Assembly: GCA_002269645.1 (NCBI GenBank)
Contig: NIVC01002110.1
Location: 62,001 to 126,000, forward strand
Length of the DNA stretch: 64,000 nucleotides
Source: Macrostomum lignano
Taxonomy: Eukaryota
Direction: 5' to 3'
Below the pieces are notes generated by a model. It did no database searches. It saw nothing but the letters and a program-made list of their open reading frames with translations, and was not told the origin of the DNA. The translations under genes and the position numbers were made by a program. Shown piece by piece: positions 30,697-40,900 of this stretch (the first letter of the stretch is position 1; every line of letters starts with the position of its first letter).

Positions 30697-31154
30697 AACT
30701 GCTGCAAGCTGTGCAGTGTCCTGCTGGTAGCTAATTTTTGTACGAGCTACTACGATAGATTGCGCAGTTTTTAGATTGCTGCAGCTAAATATTGCATATG
30801 AAATAGATGTAGAATATAATATCAACTGCTAGATTAACATGCGAATAATTTGTAAAGCTTTCAACTTTTACACTTACATGTAATTTTGTATATCTATGGC
30901 ATCATCTCCAGCTCTCACAAGTAATGTACTCGTATTTATATATATATATGTTTGTTGCAGAAATTAGCCCATGCATGCGCCTACACATGTAGCTATTTTT
31001 GTGCGTATTACATGTATCAGACAAAAGCAATTTTTTATTATTTTATAACCATGCACTTTTAAATGCATCTCTGTTTTTGATTGCGATATTTTCATGAAAT
31101 TTGCAAACCCAGATTTTTTACATTTGAATTCGTCGGGAGAGAGAGACTCCTTAT

Positions 31155-31446
31155 CTTGTCTCGTCTTGTCTTGTCTTGTCTTGTCTTGTCTTGTCTAGTC
31201 TTATCTTGTCTTGTCTTGTCTTGTCTAGTCTTGTCTCGTCTAGTCTTGTCTTGTCTTGTCTTGTCTTGTCTTGTCTTGTCTTGTCTTGTCTTGTCTAGTC
31301 TTGTCTTATCTTGTCTTGTCTTGTCTTGTCTTGTCTTGTCTTGTCTTGTCTTGTCTAGTCTTGTCTTGTCTTGTCTTGTCTTGTCTTGTCTTGTCTAGTC
31401 TTGTCTTGTCTTGTCTAGTCTTGTCTTGTCTAGTCTTGTCTTGTCT
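31155..31446. repeat. (GTCTT)n microsatellite
   Basis: Read directly. Confidence 0.98.
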
Positions 31447-31449
31447 TTA

Positions 31450-32200
31450 ATTTGTCGCCAACGTTACGGCTTGGAAGGCCAGTCGCGTTCGTCTTGATCC
31501 CGTCACGTTCGTTCGTTCCCGCTTGGTTGGCAATGCTTTCTTCTGCACTCCTTAAGTTGCTCTTTGGCGTGTTGGCGTCCCGCATGTCATCTCTGCTTCT
31601 GTAATTGTAATCAAGTCTTCCATGGCGCTCCAGTTTACATTTTCTGGTCCTATCTTTTTCTTGTCTTCTTCTGTTTGAGTCCTGAAACTCTTCTTGATTT
31701 ATTGGGTTGCGGAGGCGTTCCCATGCGATTTTTTTTTTTTCCTTGGGTATCGCCCTGTGGCGCTCACAGAAATGCCAAAACTTTCGGTAGGTGGTCGGAT
31801 AGGTTTTGTATGCTAATTTTGCTGACGATCTTGTGCCTGCACTGTGGTCTTTCTTCGTTATGACCGAGCCGTCGATCTCATGCCAGTTCTTTGTCGCTGG
31901 GTTTTTCCAAGTTCCGGGCTTTTTTGCCGATAGATGGAACTTATCCATACCAGGCCATTGCTTTTAAGCCATAGTAGGAGTCCCTCCCCATGCTGGTTCG
32001 TTCTTGTTGCTGTTGCGCCGTTCGCTGGTCGCGGGAGATTCTCATGTGCTGGTGGCTCAATGCTTGCATGTGCAAACTTAACCATTTCTCCAAACCGTCC
32101 AGCTTCGATGTTCGCTCTTTGGGCATTCCAAGTTTGCCCGAGGAGCTTGTCACTTAAGCCAAGTCCCCAGGCCTCCCCCTGATTCTCTATTTGTCGGCTG
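31450..32200 (-). pseudogene. Degenerate APE-endonuclease C-terminal segment of an RTE-type LINE
   Basis: Minus-strand frames TNQHGEGLLLWLKSNGLVWISSIY and, after a frameshift, GTWKNPATKNWHEID resemble the RTE endonuclease pattern N-x-NG-x-x-LL...TW-x-HP-x-x-K-x-WH-x-ID. No RT follows. Confidence 0.6.
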
Positions 32201-32621
32201 TTGTACCCGTCCGCTTGGCACCGCGTGGAGGTGGAGAATCTTCGACAGGCAATTAGAGAGACTCCAGGCCGATCGGAGGCGCTATATCGTCAGGGGAACC
32301 AAACATGGTTTTGGTTACAGTAGTTTTGCGATACTGGCGCGTGCTTTACATGTACATCCACTTTTTCATTTTTGGGAGCATTTACATTATGCACGTACGA
32401 GCGTACATGTATGCACATGTAGCTTGAGGGCACTATAGCTTCTAACAAGCCCCGCGGTGCTTCAAAAGCAACCGTGGCAAAAAGTGAAAGCTTCGGTATA
32501 AAAATTTACTTGCAGTACATGTAGTATGGGTACATTTAGCTAGTTCATGTACATGTAATATGGATGTATATGTATAGAAGAAGTTTACCATCATTTAAGA
32601 TACATACAGTATGCACTGCTA

Positions 32622-33167
32622 CAGGGGCGTAGCCAGGAATTTTGATTGGGGGGGGGCGTGAGTTAGGGGGCGCCAGCTTCTTATAGGGGGGCGCCAGTTT
32701 CTTATAGGGGGGGGGGGCGCCAGTTTCTTTTAGGGGGGGCGCCAGTTTCTTTTAGGGGGGGGCGCCAGTTTCTTATAGGGGGGCGCCAGTTTCTTTTAGG
32801 GGGGGGGGCGCCAGTTTCTTTTAGGAGGGGCCGGGGGCACCAGTTTCTTTTAGGGGGGGGGGGGCGCCAGTTTCTTATAGGGGGGGGGCGCCAGTTTCTT
32901 TTAGGGGGGGCGCCAGTTTCTTTTAGGGGGGGGGCGCCAGTTTCTTTTAGGGGGGAGGCGCCAGTTTCTTTTAGGGGGGGGTGCCAGTTTCTTTTAGGGG
33001 GGGGCGCCAGTTTCTTTTAGGGGGGGGCGCCAGTTTCTTATAGGGGGGGCGCCAGTTTCTTATAGGGGGGGGGGCGCCAGTTTCTTATAGGGGGGGGGGC
33101 GCCAAGGCCAGAGTTGGTGATTGGGGGGGGCCACGGCCCCCCTTGCCCCCCTCTGGCTACGCCCCTG
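32622..33167. mobile_element. hAT-like MITE with an internal G-rich ~22-bp tandem array
   Basis: Perfect 15-bp TIR CAGGGGCGTAGCCAG / CTGGCTACGCCCCTG; perfect 8-bp TSD CACTGCTA (32614-32621 and 33168-33175); interior repeats GnCGCCAGTTTCTT(T/A)TAG. Confidence 0.93.
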
Positions 33168-34532
33168 CACTGCTATATGTAATACAATTTGCATATGCAT
33201 ATGAGCAATAATACCCGCCGGAAAACATGCATACGAGTAACATGAAAAAAATTTCCTTTATTTTATTCTTAAAATATGTATTTTAAAATTAATTCAATGT
33301 GACTGCATTGAAATTTGTTTAGTTTGTTGATGCAGCAGCCTTGTTACATGCGCAATTTTACTTGTAGAAATCGTACTACTCAGTTTTTAAAACGAATCTA
33401 TAAACATGCATAAAAATATATGTGATTTTTAAACACATAGATCGTTGAACATGCACGTACATTTAAAATGCGTATAAAATAAAACTTTTTATTCTACCGA
33501 TAATTCGTGAATTCTGCTTTTTTGTAGCATTGGCTGCGCAAACGTGAAGCAAACGGTATCTGCAAAAATGAACTTGGATTTTGGATTCATTAGACAAAGA
33601 AAAATTAAATTTTAATACAGCAGAATTTCAGAAATGAATATTTTTTGTTTCATACTGAATACTGTAATAGTATCCTAAGGTAATTGTTTTGTTTTACGCT
33701 GCAAAAGACGTTCTTATAAAATTCTAACTCATTTTAAAAAAACTGATTTCAGAAAAATGTGAAGGTTGTTTGCTTATAATAAAGATTTCTTTTGAAAGTT
33801 CTGCCTGAAACTTAGTGCTAGTAGTACTACTACGCTCTACTTTAAAACAAGTATTGTTTAAATTAACGAATGTAAAATTTGATAACTAGGGGTCTGCCTA
33901 CCTAAGTCAGGGCTCAGGGGTAAGGGCCAACGCCAACGGCTACGGCAACGGGTAGCCTAATTTAAATAGTTGACGGGGAATTGTCTGCTACGTTTTGCCT
34001 GCCATCTTTTTGTCAGCCACATGTAAAATTCGTTGGTGCAATCTTTATTTAAGCTATAACGATCGTTTTTACACTACACCATAAACTAGGCCTATATTTC
34101 TTTAATTATAAATGCCTTTTACTAAGCCCACTATTAGGCCCACTATTATTAGGCCCACTTTCATTGCATGATCATGATTACATAATAAAGATTATTTAAT
34201 GAATATAAATATATTTATTTGCCTGTCTACATTGTTTTAATAAAGCCAGGCCAGTTAGTTAATAAATACAAGGATTAATTTTGTCAAGTAGGCCTATAAG
34301 GATTTTAGTGTCTTAATGCAATTTTTAGAGAATAGGCCTAGGCCTAGCTATTAAGTCAAGAGACAGTTTTGGGAAAAATAAATCATTTGAAAGAGAACCT
34401 AACTTATTTTTTATAAAATAATAAAATATAAATAGCAATTTTTGTAAGCATAGCATAGGCCTATCAAATGCCTAAATCTTTAATTGAACTTCAGTTAAAG
34501 TAGGCCTAGGTTATAAAATTCTAGGTTTATAT

Positions 34533-35995
34533 TAAGGATGTCAATTCCCTGGGGAATTTTCTTATTGGGGACCCCAGGAAATTTACTGTCATTCCCCAGA
34601 GACCCCGGGGAAAAAAGTAAACAACAGTGGATAACTTGAAATCAAGTGGCATTTTTTAACTTTGATTTAAATTTTAGACTATATATTTAGGGTGCAAGAG
34701 TAAAAATTTTAAACAATGCTTATTTAAAATTGTATTTAACAACGTGGCATCACCAAATTGTGTATACACCTTTGTCAAAAAGAGTCCAAACTCTGGTCTA
34801 GAGCAAAAAATTCATGTTCAGTAGCTATGCTCGTGGGAGGAACCAATAATAAGGCCTAGGGCATTGTATATCAACTGGATAGCAGCAGCAAGTAGCAATA
34901 AAAAGCAAGCAATCAGCAAAAAATGTCTGCTACAACAGATTTGTGATGTGTGTTACAGTCTAATATACTGTCTACCACATAGCCTAATGCTATCTAGGGT
35001 TTTCTTTTTTGCTAGAGACAAGGTACAAAATCGCACCATATGCTCACTTTCATGGTGCGATTTTAAGGCTCAAAGTGCACTTTCTCTTTTTTCCTATTTT
35101 AAGGCAGTGCGAATGAGGTTTTAATAAAAAAAAGATTATAAGACTATACCTAAACTGCACCTACGTTTCAATTTTAAGATGCAATTCTTAAATTTAAGGT
35201 GCATATGCACACTTTACACACAAAAAATAAACCCAGATGCTATCTGTTGCTGTCAGCTACTACCTGCTTCCTGGTGCTATCTATTGATTCTTACTTCAAT
35301 GTAGTTGATAGTTGTGTGCTATTTTTTTCTCTGTCCGCTGCCTGCTACCTTCTGCTTTTTGCTGCAGTCTGCTGCCATATAATACTGTCTATTGATATCT
35401 GTTGCTATCTACTACTAGATAGCTATTGTTACTGTATTTGCTATGCAGCTACTATGCCACTATTGCAGCTTCTACCAATTTTTGAAAAATTGTCGCAGTT
35501 TAGACAATGTGGCATCATCTAATTGTGGCCTCACCTTTGTCAGAAAGAGTCTAGAGGCAGAAAATGTGCGCTGAGTAGCTATGCTTGTGAGAGTAACTAA
35601 GAGTAGCTAAGGGCATTGTATAGCAACTGGATTACTGGATAGCAGCAATTATGCAGTAAAAGAGCATAGACAGAGTTTCAAATTGACTATGACTATGACT
35701 ATTGACTATGACTGTCTTATCAAGCCTAAATGCCTCGGCATCTAATTAGTACTACGCCCGTATTCTATGGGGTGGCATTTTTGCGACTTACCCCTGGTCC
35801 ACCACCAATGCTGCGCCGCGCAGGCTGATCCGCGCCGGACGCTGTCTACCAAAATGCCCATATGCTGCAATCAGGGTTTCAATCAGCTTTCTATGAATCA
35901 TTCTTATTTAAATGGCAAAAATTAAGTTACAAATGCATTTTTTATTTTTTTATCTCTGGGGCCCCGGGGAACACTCCCCAGTTTTGACATCCCTA
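34533..35995. mobile_element. hAT (Ac-like termini) non-autonomous element, 1463 bp
   Basis: TIR TA(A/G)GGATGTCAA / TTGACATCCCTA; perfect 8-bp TSD GTTTATAT (34525-34532 and 35996-36003); diverged internal direct repeat at about 34750-34900 and 35520-35650. Confidence 0.88.
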
Positions 35996-37109
35996 GTTTA
36001 TATATTCCATTGCTCCATTGATTAAATGTAAAATCAAAACCAAGCTTTTTAGTTTTTAGTTTTTACTTTTTAATTACATTTTGGAAGAATTTCTCTCTAT
36101 TAATTTCATTTGTTTTCTTTCATTAGGCCTTAGCTATTAATTTTTGTTCAAATTTTCATAGATAATTGTTTAGTTGCTCTTTCAAATATTATTTTAATAT
36201 TTTTTATACAAAACTTGTCCTTATAATAATAGCCTCCTCTTGAATTATTATTAAATTACATCAAACTATATTAGCTAAACAGGCTTTTTGCCTGAGCCAA
36301 ACTTACTACTATTACTACTACTACAACTACTACTACTACTAACCATATAAATAGTAAAATGGTTATTTTTATAGGCCTTGTAATTTGTAAAGCAAATATT
36401 ATCTAAATTAGGTAATAAACCTTATTAGTCTTAGTATAAAAAAAAAGACATTATTTAAATATATATATATTTAATTTTAATAATAATGGTAAAATATTTG
36501 ATATAAAAATTTTCCTACAGCTACATAGCTTATAGCTACTATTATATTAATTTATAGTTTCTTCATTTATTATAATAGACATTATCATTGCTATACAATT
36601 TTATAGCATTGTCTAAATCATAGAATAATCTAAATATGTAAGACTGATTATATGCAACACAACCTTATTTCATTAAATGCCAATAGCCTAAACTGTTTAT
36701 CTTTGAGTTGTAAAAATATAGTTGCTATGGTTAGAAAGAGAATAACAAGTTTAATGTCTCCAAGCTCTTTCTCTAAGAAATCAAGTTTTTCCATTTTTAA
36801 AGCAGTTAATGCTAGTCAATCTATGGTATCTACCAATAAATATTTTAGAATCAAATGCTTATAGACCAATGGGGTTCTTAGATTATATGGATTAGCTCAA
36901 AATCATCCTTTAAACCTCTATTGGTTGCTGCACTATTGTTTTCTCCCATTACTATTATATCATTCTCTTTAGATATGTTAAATATAAACATAAGTTCTTA
37001 AAACTATCTTCATGTGTAGTGTATTTTTTTGAGAATAAACCTGGCATATTTATAACTTGAACTTGAATAACTTTCTATAAACATATTTGGAACTTCCATA
37101 TAGCCATCT

Positions 37110-37730
37110 TTAGCTCCCCATAGATATCTTTAGTTTCCCATAGACATCTGTAGCTTTTCATAGATATCTATAGCTTCCCATAGACATCTATAGCTTTCCA
37201 TAGACATCTGTAGCTCCCCATGGGTATCTATAGCTTCCCATAGATATCTATAGCTCCCCATAGATATCTTTAGCTCCCTATAAACATCTATAGCTTCCCA
37301 TAGACAGCTGTAGCTCCCCATAGACATCTATAGCTTTCCATAGATATCTGTAGCTCCCTATAGACATCTATAGCTTTCCATAGACATCTATAGCTTCCCA
37401 TAGATATCTGTAGCTCCCTATAGACATCTATAGCTTTCCATAGACATCTATAGCTTCCCATAGATATCTTTAGCTCCCTATAGACATCTATAGCTTCCCA
37501 TAGATATCTGTAGCTCCCTATAGACATCTATAGCTTTCCATAGACATCTATAGCTCCCCATAGATATATTTAGCTCACTATAGACATCTATAGCTTCCCG
37601 TAGATATCTTTAGCTCCCTATAGACATTTATAGCTTTCCATAGACATCTATAGATCCCCATGGATATATTTAGCTCCCCATAGACATCTGTGGCTTACCA
37701 TAGACATCTGTAGCTTCCCATAGACATACT
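37110..37730. repeat. 20-bp minisatellite (CATAGACATCTATAGCTTCC), ~30 copies with a 60-bp sub-period
   Basis: Read directly; ends about 175 bp upstream of the SNX ATG. Confidence 0.96.
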
Positions 37731-37904
37731 TGTGGCTACAGAACAACTTCATTAAAGTACTCTTTACTGTTGAAAGCAAGTTTAAATCATCGCGCTTTTT
37801 TGGGTTTTGAACCTACGAGTAATAAAAAGTGACATGTTTCAACTTTACTGCATGGTAGAAGGCAGAATTAATCTATTTTGCTATTATATATATTAAGCAT
37901 AGCA

Positions 37905-40900
37905 ATGGAAAAATCTAGCGACAACTCCGAGGACGACATCTTTGCCGAGACCAATGAAACTGTTGATGTTGAAGATGTCGATTTGAACAGCAGTGGAGCT
38001 GGCGTCTCAACCCCAGCTGCCACCGCCGCCCCAGCTCCGGCCGCTGAAAAGTTGGAGCCTTCGGCACCTCCCGCCGTCGCCTCGGCACCTCCCGCCGCCG
38101 CCTCGGCACCTCCCGCCGCTGCCTCGGCACCTGCCGCTCCACCAGCTTCAAATTCCAGCTCCGGTGGCCCTAGCAAACTCGAATTGCCGGCCTCGCTAGC
38201 TTTCGAATATCTGCTCACTGTTCGAGTCACTAATCCGGAGAAAATTGGCGATGGAATGGGAGCCTACGTGGCCTACAAGGTGTCGTTCTCCACCACTATA
38301 CCGGCTTTCGGCCGGCCCGAGGGCAGCGTACGGCGAAGGTTCTCCGACTTTCTCGGTTTGTATGAAAAACTGCACGAGAAGTATTTGAGGTAAATTCCTC
38401 TTTTGTCCTGGGCCAGCCTCCCGGATGATCCCAGATCCTCAATTGCTGGACCAGCCTCCCAGATCCTCAATTGCTGGGCCAGCCTCTCAGATCCTCAGTT
38501 GCTGGGCCAGCCTCCCAAATCCTCAGTTGCTGGGCCAGCCTCCCAGATCCTCAGTTTCTGGGCCAGCCTCCCAGATCCTCAGCTGTTGGGCCAGCCTCCC
38601 AGATCCTCAGTTGCTGGGCCAGCCTCCCAGATCCTCAGTTGCTGGGCCAGCCTCTCAGATCCTCAGTTGCTGGGCCAGCCTCCCCGATTCTCAGTTGCTG
38701 GGCCAGCCTCCCAGATCCTCAGTTGCTCGGCTAGCCTCCCAGATCCTCAGCTGTTGGGCCAGCCTCCCAGATCCTCAGTTGCTGGGCCAGCCTCCCAGAT
38801 CCTCAGTTGCTGGGCCAGCCTCTCAGATCCTCAGTTGCTGGGCCAGCCTCCCCGATTCTCAGTTGCTGGGCCAGCCTCCCAGATGATCCCAGATTCTCAG
38901 TTGCTGTGCCAGCCTCCCAGATGATCCCAGATCCTCAGCTGTTGGGCCAGCCTCCCAGATCCTCAGCTGTTGGGCCAGCCTCCCAGATCCTCAGTTGCTG
39001 GGCCAGCCTTAACCAGAGCCGTCTCCCTCAATCATGGCCGATCCCAGGGACGGTTTTGTAATTCCGCCCAAGCCGGAGAAGTCCGTAGTCGGCGCCACGA
39101 AGATCAAGATGTCCAAGGACAGCGTAGACGAGGACCATTTTGTTGAGCGCCGCCGGGCCCAGCTGGAGCGCTTCCTGGTCCGCTGCTCCGACCACCCGGT
39201 GTTGCGGATGGACCCGGATTTCCGCGAATTTCTCGAGCACGACGGCGACCTGCCCAAGTCCAGCGGCACCCGGGCGCTGAGCGGAGCCGGCGTCATGCGT
39301 GTGTTCTCGTCCATTGGCAGCTCGGTGCAACGGATGACCTACAAGATGGACGAGACTGATCAGGTGCGCCTCGATGGGGTTGTTAATTAGTTTCGAGATA
39401 AACCAATAGTATTTGGTCTATGAACTGCTCATTTTCTTCTTTCTGAGCTTCTGAGGATTGAATTAATCTTATATGTCGGCGTGAAATAAAAGATCACAAA
39501 AATCGATTTATTTTTAACCGCCCCCCTCTCTTTCCTCCCTCCACACTTTATTCTTAATATGAATTTTGTCTATGGTTAGAAGCCCCCACACCCCCAGCAG
39601 GGGCTCTGCCCCCGCACCCCCGCTAGCAGCCGCTGTCGAATAGATGGAATACTCTTCAAAAATAATCAGTGAAGGGGGAGAATGGCTCTAATAAGAATGA
39701 AATTCATGAACGCTTACTCGTGCGTCTATGGCAGTCGTGCAGGAATGAAATAATCTATGGCCAAATCTCCACTGTTTTACACATGGACTTCGTGCAGGAA
39801 TGAAATAATCTATGGCCAAATCTCCACTGTTTTACACATGGACTTCGTGCAGGAATGAAATAATCTATGGCCAAATCTCCACTGTTTTACACATGGACTT
39901 CGTGCAGGAATGAAATAATCTATGGCCAAATCTCCACTGTTTTACACATGGACTTCGTGCAGGAATGACACTCTCCGTTCCTGCACGCAAACAATTTATT
40001 TATATGTATTTGATTATTTAGTTGTATTTATTCAATAACCTTAACAAAACTTAACATGAAAAAGACTAATTAGGATTGCAAATATATAAACTGCACCAAA
40101 TAAGACAGCAAGCAAAAATGTAGGGGGGGGGGGGGCTCAACAGCAAAAATGTTGTGTTCGGCAACAAATTAAGGAGTCACACAACCTTACTCAAAAAAGA
40201 ATTCCACTACGTTGCTGGAACCGTTGGCTACTATCCTCATCTTCTTAGCCGGACCGGCAATTCGCAAATCGCAGGCGCCACTCGAAAATTGTTTGGCCGG
40301 TGCCTCAGTTGCGGTTGGATGTTTGTCGCTACAGCCTCCCAGTGCTGGTGGCGCACGACCGGCGAGAGACTCAGTCAGCTGGCTGCTCATCTTGGCAAGA
40401 ATGCTGTCTCTCTTTTTTCCCTGTCTGATGTACCGCTCCACTGAGGCGCTCGCCTGTTTCAAATATTTAAGAAGGATGCAAGAGAGAGTATATAGAAAAA
40501 ATCTTTTAAAGCATTTAATTGTGCGGCTTAAGATAGACAAGAAAATACAGAAATAGCACGTAGAAATTACCTTGTGTCCAGTCACCTTGGCGATAGTCTC
40601 TGTCGAATATCCAGCTTCGTGGAGCTCAGTGACTACAGTGAGTCGAACACAGTGCGCCGTATAGCTTCTCGACAGCCCGGCACTGGAAGATATCCGCTTA
40701 AGCATTGGTCCAAGCGTATTGATTCCGATTGCCTGTTTCGTATACCACAGGCCATTCGAGCCAACCAGCTGCTTCGGTCGCAGAAAAAAGTCCGAACTGT
40801 TCCATCCAGGCACTGCTTCGATCTTCCGCAAATACATGCGAAAGGCTTCAACGGGACACGATTTCTGATCGGACCCGGCCACCATGATTTCTTGCTTTGG

